From an uncultured Thermoguttaceae bacterium (GTDB lineage Bacteria > Planctomycetota > Planctomycetia > Pirellulales > Thermoguttaceae): a DNA stretch of 64,000 nt. How positions within the stretch are numbered: the first letter of the stretch is position 1; each line of letters begins with the position of its first letter. Position numbers and translations under genes: made by a program. The stretch lies in NCBI GenBank assembly GCA_965195225.1, contig CBDAFL010000085.1, forward strand, positions 82,120-146,119, read 5' to 3'. The notes beneath the pieces were generated by a model. That model was not told the origin of the DNA and did no database searches. It saw nothing but the letters and a program-made list of their open reading frames with translations. Positions 1-8,167 of the stretch are shown in pieces.

Positions 1-13
1 CGGAGAGAAAACG

Positions 14-1000
14 ATGACCAAACACACACATCTGACAATCCGCGCCATACTTGCCATGGCGTTTGTCTTCTGCCCCGCCCTGGCCTCGGCCGATTACGTC
101 GCGTCCTGGGGCAGAAACGATACCGGCCAATGCAATAGCCCCGCCGGCAGCGACTACATAGATATAGTGGGCCTGTACGATAGGGGCTTGGCCCTGAAGT
201 CCGACGGCTCGATAGTCAATTGGGGCAGACAGCCTTCAATCACCACGCACGTGGCCGAACCGGCAGGCACGTTCACCGAAATCGACGGCTTCTACGACCA
301 CGTCGTCGCCATCCAGACAAACGGTTCGCTGGCTGATTGGGGATACGACTACTTCGGCCAGTGCTCAGGCACGCCGACCGGCAACAACTTCGTCGACGTC
401 GCGGCAGGCGGCTATTTCAATCTGGCCCTGAAGTCCGACGGTTCCGTCGTTGGCTGGGGCGACAACAGCTACGGCCAATGCACCATCCCCGGACACCTGC
501 CGCCGAACGGCTTTGCCGCGGTCGCGGCGGGCGGAGAATGGGCCCTTGCCTTGATGCTGGACGGTTCGCTCGCAGCGTGGGGCTATGACGGCAAAGGCCA
601 GGTCTCCAACCTGCCCGGCGGCACAAATTTCATGGCGATCTCGGCGGGCTGGGACCACGGCCTGGCGCTAAAGGCCGACGGCTCGGTCGTCGCCTGGGGA
701 GAAAACGCCGACGGACAGGTCTCGCAAACGCCTGCCGGCACTGACTTCGCTGCAATCGTGGCCGGGTGTGATTACAACCTCACACTAAAGACAGACGGTA
801 CGTTGGCCGCATGGGGCCTGAACGCCTATGGCCAGTGCAACGTCCCCGCCGGCAACACATACACAGCCGTCGAGGCTGGCTCCGACCAAGGCATGGCGTT
901 GAATACCGTGCCCGAACCAACAACGCTGACGTTGCTGAGTCTGGCCTGCTTGGCCTTGCTCCGCCGTCGCCGGTACTTTAGTACCACAACGCCAGATTGA
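14..1000 (+). CDS. Secreted RCC1-repeat protein with PEP-CTERM sorting signal
   Basis: N-terminal hydrophobic signal (AILAMAFVFCPALASA). Tandem repeats of about 50 aa carry the recurring WG.N..GQC motif typical of RCC1 blades. The C-terminus has VPEP, then a hydrophobic helix, then RRRR (PEP-CTERM). GGAGAG lies upstream of the ATG. Confidence 0.8.
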   Translation: MTKHTHLTIRAILAMAFVFCPALASADYVASWGRNDTGQCNSPAGSDYIDIVGLYDRGLALKSDGSIVNWGRQPSITTHVAEPAGTFTEIDGFYDHVVAIQTNGSLADWGYDYFGQCSGTPTGNNFVDVAAGGYFNLALKSDGSVVGWGDNSYGQCTIPGHLPPNGFAAVAAGGEWALALMLDGSLAAWGYDGKGQVSNLPGGTNFMAISAGWDHGLALKADGSVVAWGENADGQVSQTPAGTDFAAIVAGCDYNLTLKTDGTLAAWGLNAYGQCNVPAGNTYTAVEAGSDQGMALNTVPEPTTLTLLSLACLALLRRRRYFSTTTPD

Positions 1001-1042
1001 TCGGCCCTTGCCGCGGGGCGAGTTGTGCCGTATCATCAGCCG

Positions 1043-2941
1043 ATGGCACTTGTTACGCTGCGCGATGTTAGTCTGAGCTTTCGTGTCCCGTTGGTGTTGG
1101 ATGGGGTCAACCTCAAGGTTGAACCTGGGGAGCGGGTCTGTCTTCTGGGCCGCAACGGGACGGGAAAAACCACGCTCTTGCGGCTGATCCACGGGGAGAT
1201 TGAGCCGGACCACGGAGAAATCGCGCGGCAGCAAGGGCTTGTCACGGCAATGCTCCCACAGGAGGTGCCCCGGAAATTCAGCGGCACCGTTTTCGACGAG
1301 ATTACCCGGGGATTGGGGCCGCGGGTCGAGCTGCTGGCCGAGTACCACCACGTCTCCGGCCGTCTGGCCGTCGAGGGAGGCGACGCACTGCGGGAACGCC
1401 TGGACCGCATCCATCGCAAGTTGGAGATCGAAGGCGGCTGGCACATACACCAGGAAGTCGAGGCGACCATCTCGCGCATGGCGCTGCAAGGCGACGCCGA
1501 CGTGGCCACCCTCTCCGCCGGCATGAAGCGTCGAGTGCTGCTGGCCAAGGCACTGGTCGGCGCGCCCTCGATCCTGCTTCTGGACGAGCCGACAAACCAC
1601 CTCGACATCGACGCCATACGCTGGCTCGAAGAATTCCTCCTGCGGTCCAGCGCGGCACTCTTGTTTGTCACGCACGACCGGGCTTTACTACGCCGGCTTG
1701 CTACCCGTATCTTCGAGCTAGACCGCGGCCGACTGACGAGTTGGTCCTGCGACTACGATACTTATGTGAAACGCAAAGACGCGGCCCTAGAGGCCGAGAC
1801 CCGGCAGAGGGCCGAATTCGACAAGAAGCTGGCCAGGGAAGAGGTTTGGATCCGCACGGGAATCAAGGCCCGGCGCACACGGAATGAAGGTCGCGTAAGG
1901 GCTTTGCAAAAGCTACGCGAAACCCGTCGCGCCCGCCGCGAGCAACCGGGCGAGGTACGCATGGAGATTCAGGAGGCGGAGCGGTCGGGCCGGCTGGTCA
2001 TCGAGGCGAAGCACGTCGGTTTCGGCTATACGGAGACGCCGGTCGTCCGCGACCTCTCCACGATGATTATGCGGGGCGATCGGGTCGGGCTGATCGGTCC
2101 GAACGGCTCCGGCAAAACGACCCTCCTGCGTCTTCTACTCGGCGAGTTGCAGCCCCGGGCCGGGACGATACGCCTCGGGACGAATCTCGAAGTGGCTTAC
2201 TTCGACCAGCTCCACGCCCAGTTGGACGACACGAAATCGGTGCGGAACAACGTCTGTGACGGATCGGATTGGGTCGAAATCTGCGGCCGCAAACGGCATA
2301 TTATCGGCTACCTCGATGATTTTCTCTTCGCGCGCGAGCAGGCGGACGGTCCGGTGGCGCGGCTTTCGGGCGGAGAGCGGAATCGATTGGTGCTGGCCCG
2401 GCTTTTCACCAAACCGTCGAACGTGCTGGTGATGGACGAGCCGACCAATGACTTGGATATTGAAACGCTCGAATTGCTGGAAGACATGCTGCTGGAGTAT
2501 CCCGGCACGTTGTTGTTGGTCAGTCACGATCGGGAGTTTCTCAACAACGTGGTGACCAGCACTCTGGCTTTGGAGGGCGAAGGCCGGGTCAAGGAATACG
2601 CGGGCGGCTACGACGACTGGCTCCGGCAGCGTCAGCCCGACTTGCCGACCGCGGCTGAGCCTGCCCTCGTGAAGCCCACCTCGACACGACCTTCCAAGCA
2701 GCGTCGTCGTCGGCCGACGTACAAGGAGCAGCGCGAGTTGGAAGCCCTGCCGGAACGGATCGCGGCGATTGAAGCTGAGTTGAGCCAGTGTCACGAGACG
2801 ATGGCCGATCCGGCGTTCTATCGTCAGGAGCCGGCCGAACTCGTGAAAGCCAAGACCCAACTGCAATCACTTGAAAAAGACGTTGCCAAGGCGTACAAGC
2901 GATGGGAAGAGCTGGAGACGCTGCGCGAGCAAGGTGATTGA
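1043..2941 (+). CDS. uup: ABC-F family ATPase (Uup-like, no membrane domain)
   Basis: Two ABC cassettes with Walker A GRNGTGKTT and GPNGSGKTT and signatures LSAGMKRR and LSGGERNR. Charged coiled-coil C-terminal tail. ATG 1043 (MALVTLRDVSLSF) is preferred over the GTG at 1025 used in the ORF track. Confidence 0.85.
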   Translation: MALVTLRDVSLSFRVPLVLDGVNLKVEPGERVCLLGRNGTGKTTLLRLIHGEIEPDHGEIARQQGLVTAMLPQEVPRKFSGTVFDEITRGLGPRVELLAEYHHVSGRLAVEGGDALRERLDRIHRKLEIEGGWHIHQEVEATISRMALQGDADVATLSAGMKRRVLLAKALVGAPSILLLDEPTNHLDIDAIRWLEEFLLRSSAALLFVTHDRALLRRLATRIFELDRGRLTSWSCDYDTYVKRKDAALEAETRQRAEFDKKLAREEVWIRTGIKARRTRNEGRVRALQKLRETRRARREQPGEVRMEIQEAERSGRLVIEAKHVGFGYTETPVVRDLSTMIMRGDRVGLIGPNGSGKTTLLRLLLGELQPRAGTIRLGTNLEVAYFDQLHAQLDDTKSVRNNVCDGSDWVEICGRKRHIIGYLDDFLFAREQADGPVARLSGGERNRLVLARLFTKPSNVLVMDEPTNDLDIETLELLEDMLLEYPGTLLLVSHDREFLNNVVTSTLALEGEGRVKEYAGGYDDWLRQRQPDLPTAAEPALVKPTSTRPSKQRRRRPTYKEQRELEALPERIAAIEAELSQCHETMADPAFYRQEPAELVKAKTQLQSLEKDVAKAYKRWEELETLREQGD

Positions 2942-2944
2942 TCC

Positions 2945-3079
2945 GGGTGCATTCCGCACTTTGCAGGGCCGTTCACGGCCCTTGTCTGCCGTAGGCGGAA
3001 ATACCCGTAAACGGGCATGAGAATATTCCATCACTTGTCAAATCGACGGGGCATACATTGCAAAGTGCGGAATGCACCC
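2945..3079. repeat. 21-bp perfect inverted repeat enclosing 93 nt with two nested hairpins
   Basis: Arms GGGTGCATTCCGCACTTTGCA (2945-2965) and TGCAAAGTGCGGAATGCACCC (3059-3079) were read directly. Inner hairpins are GGGCC/GGCCC (2966-2981) and CCCGT/ACGGG (3004-3015). The element starts 4 nt after the uup stop codon. Confidence 0.8.
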
Positions 3080-3441
3080 CTTCGCCCGGCGGCGGGTCGG
3101 CCAGATTATTCCCAACCCCTTGGCACTATTTTCTCATGAAAAATCGCGTTCCGTGACAGCCTGGGCTGCTTGTTGCCCTGTGATGGAAGGGGTAAGATGT
3201 TCGGCGCGGGTGTCAGCCGTGGACACAAAGGTAAAGAGTCAAGGGGGCGGGAGCAATCCTGTTCGGCACGACGATTGCTTGCATTCAACAGTATCCGAGG
3301 GCGGAACCTGGGAAAGGCGTTTCCAGCAATGCCAGTGAACTGTTTCCACCAAGAAGGCGAGACTGGGTAATGTGGAAAAGATGAGCCGCCACTACTTGCG
3401 ATTAGCGGTCGAATACCCGTTGGCTGGAAGGAACTAAACTA

Positions 3442-3609
3442 CTACCGGCTATAAGCCGGTAGGTTTTGAGGGTGTTTCGTGAGCTTCGGACTGAAGTCCT
3501 CAGCCCACGATTTAGAAACATGAAAATCTTCGCCACCATCGCTGGGTTCGTTTTCTTCCTGCTGGCGAATGTACTCCGCAATCACTTCATCCGTCACATT
3601 GCCGCTGGA
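3442..3609 (-). pseudogene. C-terminal remnant of an IS200/IS605-type (Y1) TnpA transposase
   Basis: The minus-strand frame reads SSGNVTDEVIAEYIRQQEENEPSDGGEDF... This resembles the conserved TnpA C-terminus (..STVGG.P..VVKQYIENQ..). An in-frame TAA lies two codons upstream, so only about 55 codons survive. The stop codon sits inside a perfect 21-nt palindrome, CTACCGGCTATAAGCCGGTAG (3442-3462), like the subterminal hairpins of this IS family. Confidence 0.5.
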
Positions 3610-3690
3610 CGGTTAGCATAACATGCAAACGAGGAACCTAAAGGTTTCGCCTGAAGGCGAGGGATTTAGACCCATCGCAAGGACATTAAT

Positions 3691-6033
3691 ATGGCAAAAG
3701 AAATAATCGCAGAAACATATCTGGAACCCCTGCTTACAGATCCTTCAAAGATCCTCAAAGAAGCTGTGCGCCGCCGCAAGCTCTTTAACGAAAAGTCTGT
3801 CGCCGGCGATGCTATTCAAGAGCATGTGGCACAGGGCTGGCAGTTCTATCGCAAATTAAAGCGAGTTACGAAAGTCAGGAAGGAGATAGAAATTGACGAG
3901 CGCCTGGAGAACCGATTCTGGATGCTCCTCTGCAAACTGGGCTACCCCGAAGTCAGTGATGGCCGCAATTTCACGATCCTAATCAAACGAAAAGGTGCCG
4001 AGCCACTACGAAAGCAAGTTGATGTCTTCGGGAAAGATGATGAAACGGTAATAGTTGCGGAGTGCAAAGCATCTCAGAAGCTGACGAAACGAAGCCTTCA
4101 GAAGGACATCGAGGAGTTCGCTAACCTAAAGCGCCCAATTGCAAATGCAATCCGAAAACACTATGGTGCAGAACTGAAACTGAAAATCATTTGGCTCTTC
4201 GTTACAGAGAACATCATCTGGTCCTCGCCCGACAAGCAGAGAGCCTTGGGGGAGAACATACGGGTTATTACAGAGAGAGAGTTGAGGTACTACGCGCAGA
4301 TCGCCGAGCACCTCGGCAAAGCCGCTCGTTACCAGTTCTTGGCAGAGTTTTTGAAAGACCAGAAAATTCCAGAGCTTTCCAACATGATGGTTGCGGCAAT
4401 CAAGGGGCGGCTCGGCGGGAGGCACTTTTTCTGCTTTGTGACAACGCCTCGGCATCTCCTCAAGATTTCATTTGTTAACCATCGGTCGTTGAATGACCCC
4501 GAAGGAGTGCCTACATACCAACGACTCGTCAGTCGTTCGCGGATGCGTGACATAGGCAAATTCATACGGGCAGAAGGATACTTCCCAAATAATCTGATCG
4601 TCAATTTCACTCATAAAGTTCGCTTTGAGAAGATAGCGGGACACGAAAACACGAGTGTTGTGTTTGGGAATCTGTACCTACCGGACAGATATCGGTCTGC
4701 GTGGATAATCGACGGGCAGCACCGCCTCTACGGGTTCTCACGCATTGAGGATAAGTACCTTGATCAGAATATTGTTGTGGTGGCATTTGAAACTCTGCCA
4801 AAGGCCGAAGAAGCCAATTTGTTTGTCACGATCAATCATGAACAAAAGTCTGTTCCCAAACATCTTCTCGATGATCTTGAGGGAGAACTCAAGTGGGGCT
4901 CTTCTGTACCCAGCGAGCGCATCGGGGCGATTGCTGCACGTTTAATTAATTGTCTGAACACCGATGTTGGCGAACCCTTTTACAATCGGATTACCCAGCA
5001 GGGCATACCATCAACGAGCAAGACATGCCTCACAATACCCGCGATCAAAGAAGCACTGCGAAAATCCGGACTGCTTGGCCGCACGCTTCATAACAACACG
5101 ACGTATGACTTAGGCGCTCTCTGTGGACGAAATGACAGTGAGACACTTGATCGCGCCAGGTCAGCGCTGAATCAGTACTTCGGTCAGTTGCGAAATGCAA
5201 ACTTAACGGAATGGGAAAATGGCCGGGACGGCATCCTCTGCACGAATGTTGCGGCTCAGGCATACATCATGTTGCTGGGCGCTCTAGTGAAGTACTGGGA
5301 GGCAAACACCGCTGCAGATGCTCGCGAGATGACTGTGGAAGATACGATGCTGGAGACTGAGGAGTATCTGAAGCCGGTACTCGACTTCCTCGAAAGCAGC
5401 AATGCAGCGCAGCTGAAAACAGCGTTTCAGGTGCCATTTGGTTCTGGAGGGCCGCCCGAGTACTACTACCGGTTATGCAAAATGATAAAGGACAAGTACT
5501 CCGACTTCCGACCAGAAGGAATGGAGGAGTGGGAGGAAGAACAATCAGAAGAACGAGTACAGGACGCCGACACAAAGCTCAAGGCCATCGTATCGGAAAT
5601 CCGAAACTACATTTTTAATGTGTTTCGAGAGACCTACGGAGAGAAGAAGGATGCCTATTGGGATAAGGGGGTTTCCGACAAAACGATGAAAGCGGAGGCC
5701 TACAAACGTTCTCTTGACTATGAAGTTGATGAACGTTTGCCGCTAGAGACGTATCTCGAAGTTGTTGAAATGAAGAAGATCGTCGAGAATAAGCAAAATT
5801 GGCTACGGTTCAAGAAAGTATTCAACATCCCCGAGCCTGGAGAAAAGGGGATGTCGAAGAACCTGAAGTGGATGGATCGAATCAACGAACTGCGCCGAAT
5901 ACCTGCACATCCGGCCAGAGAGCGACGCTACAAACTTGAGGATTTTCAGTACATCGACTTCGTCAATAATGAGTTGATAACCCGACTGAAGGAAGCGCGG
6001 GAACATCCCGAGCGCGAGGATGGCAATGACTGA
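3691..6033 (+). CDS. DGQHR-domain (DndB-like, ParB-fold) protein with N-terminal PD-(D/E)xK-like nuclease motif and C-terminal HEPN-like motif
   Basis: 780-aa ORF with AAGGA 8 nt upstream of the ATG. The core carries YQRLVSRSR, FPNNLIVNF, IIDGQHRLYG (nt 4711-4725) and LFVTINHEQKSV, matching the DndB/DGQHR pattern. The N-terminus has VDVFGKDDETVIVAECKAS (D111...E124-x-K126). The C-terminus has NELRRIPAH (R735-x4-H740). GC is clearly lower than in the flanks. Confidence 0.85.
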   Translation: MAKEIIAETYLEPLLTDPSKILKEAVRRRKLFNEKSVAGDAIQEHVAQGWQFYRKLKRVTKVRKEIEIDERLENRFWMLLCKLGYPEVSDGRNFTILIKRKGAEPLRKQVDVFGKDDETVIVAECKASQKLTKRSLQKDIEEFANLKRPIANAIRKHYGAELKLKIIWLFVTENIIWSSPDKQRALGENIRVITERELRYYAQIAEHLGKAARYQFLAEFLKDQKIPELSNMMVAAIKGRLGGRHFFCFVTTPRHLLKISFVNHRSLNDPEGVPTYQRLVSRSRMRDIGKFIRAEGYFPNNLIVNFTHKVRFEKIAGHENTSVVFGNLYLPDRYRSAWIIDGQHRLYGFSRIEDKYLDQNIVVVAFETLPKAEEANLFVTINHEQKSVPKHLLDDLEGELKWGSSVPSERIGAIAARLINCLNTDVGEPFYNRITQQGIPSTSKTCLTIPAIKEALRKSGLLGRTLHNNTTYDLGALCGRNDSETLDRARSALNQYFGQLRNANLTEWENGRDGILCTNVAAQAYIMLLGALVKYWEANTAADAREMTVEDTMLETEEYLKPVLDFLESSNAAQLKTAFQVPFGSGGPPEYYYRLCKMIKDKYSDFRPEGMEEWEEEQSEERVQDADTKLKAIVSEIRNYIFNVFRETYGEKKDAYWDKGVSDKTMKAEAYKRSLDYEVDERLPLETYLEVVEMKKIVENKQNWLRFKKVFNIPEPGEKGMSKNLKWMDRINELRRIPAHPARERRYKLEDFQYIDFVNNELITRLKEAREHPEREDGND

Positions 6034-6895
6034 GCCATTCCTTAAGTGGCCCGGAGGCAAGAGGTGGCTCGTTCAACGATACGCTACGCTCTTTCCGACA
6101 ACATATCGCCGCTATTTCGAGCCGTTCCTCGGCGGTGGAGCGGTATTTTTTTACCTCTCGCCCCCTCGTACCGTACTATCGGATTCCAATCCTGATCTGA
6201 TTAACGCCTATAAATGTATCCGCGATTATCCAGATATCATCGACAGACGCCTCCGCAGCCTGCATGCGCATCACGATAGCAGGCTCTACTATCGAATGCG
6301 TGCAATGAAGCCGAGAAGCGATATCGGAAGAGCGAGTCGCTTCATCTATCTGAATCGCACGTGCTTTAACGGAATATACAGGGTGAATCGACAAGGCGAG
6401 TTCAATGTGCCTATGGGTTCGAAGGATCTTGTCAAGTATCCTGATGGTTATTTGTCATTGATCTCAGAGCGCCTCGGGAGCGCTTCGATCAAGGTGGGCG
6501 ACTTTGAAGATACAATAGACTCTTCAGGCAAAGGTGACTTTGTGTTTGTTGACCCGCCATATACGGTAATGCACAACAACAACAATTTCATTAAGTACAA
6601 TTCCAAATTGTTCTCTTGGACTGATCAGATTCGATTAGCATCAGCATTGAGGCGTGCCGTTTCTCGGGGTGCCAAAATCATGCTTTCGAACGCGGATCAC
6701 ATTAGCGTTAGAACCCTTTACTGCAAATTTGGCTACCATCACAAGGTTGATCGTTCGAGCGTTCTCGCGGCTGAGTCGGCCAGACGCTTGAGGACATCTG
6801 AACTCTTGATAACGACATACAAGACACCTAGGGAGAAAGTGACAAAAGTCGAAACGGAGACGAAAAGTCGGAAGTCGAAACGAGAACGCAGCTAG
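6020..6895 (+). CDS. Dam-family (D12 class) N6-adenine DNA methyltransferase
   Basis: FLKWPGGKRW, EPFLGGGAVFF (FxGxG SAM motif), SNPDLINAY, YLNRTCFNGIYRVNRQGEFNVP and FVDPPYT (DPPY catalytic motif) are collinear with E. coli Dam. The ATG at 6020 lies 14 nt inside the upstream ORF (stop 6031-6033). Confidence 0.9.
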   Translation: MAMTEPFLKWPGGKRWLVQRYATLFPTTYRRYFEPFLGGGAVFFYLSPPRTVLSDSNPDLINAYKCIRDYPDIIDRRLRSLHAHHDSRLYYRMRAMKPRSDIGRASRFIYLNRTCFNGIYRVNRQGEFNVPMGSKDLVKYPDGYLSLISERLGSASIKVGDFEDTIDSSGKGDFVFVDPPYTVMHNNNNFIKYNSKLFSWTDQIRLASALRRAVSRGAKIMLSNADHISVRTLYCKFGYHHKVDRSSVLAAESARRLRTSELLITTYKTPREKVTKVETETKSRKSKRERS

Positions 6896-6985
6896 TTGTC
6901 GCATCCTCACTTGCCAATACTAGGCTTTGTCGGAAAACCTCGACGGTCATCCCGAGCGAGGCGGAGTATCTCGCCGATTCGGACG

Positions 6986-7044
6986 GGGGGCACTGACGAA
7001 AGGGGCTGAGGTTGGGCGCCACTGGCTTTGCCAGTGCTTTGGGC
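6986..7044 (+). repeat. About 59-bp repeat, copy A1 (contains a GCCACTGG...CCAGTGC hairpin)
   Basis: GGGGGCACTGACGAAAGGGGCTGAGGTTGGGCGCCACTGGCTTTGCCAGTGCTTTGGGC is similar, with about 10 mismatches by eye, to 7949-8008 in the same orientation. Confidence 0.7.
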
Positions 7045-7142
7045 TTGTTTGACGTTCCCACGTGTTTTGGTGGAAGTGGGGGGATGGCGCAGTGAGAGGC
7101 AGTAGGCTGGAGGCTGTAGGACTGGAGACAGTGCCGCGATGG

Positions 7143-7203
7143 GATAGCCCGAAGGGCTTGTGGTAGGACAGCCCGGGGTTGCCGCTTGAGCGGCTACCCC
7201 GGG
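7143..7203 (-). repeat. Composite REP-like element, copy B1 (inverted)
   Basis: Its reverse complement matches the B2/B3 pattern: a CCCGGGGTAGCCGC-TCAA-GCGGCAACCCCGGG palindrome followed by an AGCCCTTCGGGCT hairpin. Confidence 0.7.
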
Positions 7204-7301
7204 TGAACGGGTTTGCCGTAACATCTTACTCCGAAGGGGTTGCGGAATGGCGTCGTCGCTCCGCAACCCTTTCAGGGTTGAACAAATCATTGCCCCCGCA
7301 C

Positions 7302-7358
7302 CCCAGGGTAGCCGCTCAAGCGTCAACCCTGGGCTATCATATCGAAGCCCTTCGGGCT
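7302..7358 (+). repeat. Composite REP-like element, copy B2
   Basis: CCCAGGGTAGCCGCTCAAGCGTCAACCCTGGG followed by CTATCATATCGAAGCCCTTCGGGCT. The second half is identical to B3. The first palindrome is partly degenerate. Confidence 0.75.
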
Positions 7359-7516
7359 AAAGCTGGAGGCTGGAGGGACGTGCAACGGGTTGCCCTCGCT
7401 TGCTACCAGTTGACTGTAGCCAATCCACCCGATAGAATGACGGGTTCGCAGTGGAGCAGCCTGAACATGGTGTTTCGGGTAACGCTGCAGGACACTCTTT
7501 TTGAGGAATTGGACAA

Positions 7517-7714
7517 ATGGCAGAAGGCACGATAAAGCGACTCACGGACAAGGGCTTTGGATTTATCGACACCGGGAGCGAAACGGACATGTTTTTTCAC
7601 TCGTCAAACCTCGAAGGAGTGAGCTACGAAGAACTCCAAGAAGGACAACGAGTGTCATACACCGAAGGACGTGGACCGAAAGGGCCAAGAGCCGAAAACG
7701 TCAAGCCGGTCTGA
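7517..7714 (+). CDS. Cold-shock domain protein (CspA family)
   Basis: 65 aa. GTIKRLTDKGFGFI (RNP-1-like KGFGFI) and DMFFHSS (RNP-2-like) are typical of bacterial cold-shock proteins. Confidence 0.9.
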   Translation: MAEGTIKRLTDKGFGFIDTGSETDMFFHSSNLEGVSYEELQEGQRVSYTEGRGPKGPRAENVKPV

Positions 7715-7832
7715 CGGAGCTGAGAGGAATAGTCGTTTTCAATAAAGATGAACGATACGTTTGGGATTGAATCGGACGCGGCTCAATTCGCAACCCCTGC
7801 GGGGCTAAGATATGGTGGGTGCCGAATTCTTA

Positions 7833-7889
7833 CCCAGGGTAGCCGCTTGAGCGGCTACCCTGGGCTATCATATCGAAGCCCTTCGGGCT
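7833..7889 (+). repeat. Composite REP-like element, copy B3
   Basis: Perfect palindrome CCCAGGGTAGCCGC-TTGA-GCGGCTACCCTGGG followed by CTATCATATCGAAGCCCTTCGGGCT. Confidence 0.8.
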
Positions 7890-7948
7890 AAACGTGACAA
7901 ACGGCACCCCGAAACTTCAATGAGGGCTTCCCCTTCTTTCACACCGAC

Positions 7949-8008
7949 GGGTGGCACTGACAAAAGTGGCTGTGATTAGGTGCCACTGTCTTTGCCAGTG
8001 CTTCGGGC
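7949..8008 (+). repeat. About 59-bp repeat, copy A2
   Basis: GGGTGGCACTGACAAAAGTGGCTGTGATTAGGTGCCACTGTCTTTGCCAGTGCTTCGGGC is a direct-orientation partner of 6986-7044. Confidence 0.7.
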
Positions 8009-8167
8009 TAGTGCTGAACACTCCGTGCCCAATTTCCCCCGTGTGGCGAGATATGCGGGCTAGACTCGGGGTTGTCGCGGGGATTCACTCTATCAGTAGC
8101 CAACGTCATGGACTAGAATTGAAGCTGTGAGCGAAGCACCGGGACATTTCCCACAAGAACCATACGT

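Noticed and set aside
3072-3370. 88-aa and 66-aa plus-strand ORFs between the inverted-repeat element and the IS remnant
   Set aside because: They overlap each other, have no RBS or motifs, and are probably non-coding junction sequence.
3691-6895. Interpretation as a dnd (DndBCDE) or ssp phosphorothioation locus because of the DndB-like DGQHR motif
   Set aside because: No cysteine desulfurase, PAPS-reductase-like DndC, SMC-like DndD, DndE, SspBCD or DndFGH genes occur in the surrounding 10 kb. The partner is a Dam-type methyltransferase instead.
6907-7535. ORFs 6907-7326 (minus) and 7179-7535 (plus) in the region downstream of the methyltransferase
   Set aside because: The region is a mosaic of palindromic repeats. 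The ORFs translate hairpin arms and have no start context or motifs.
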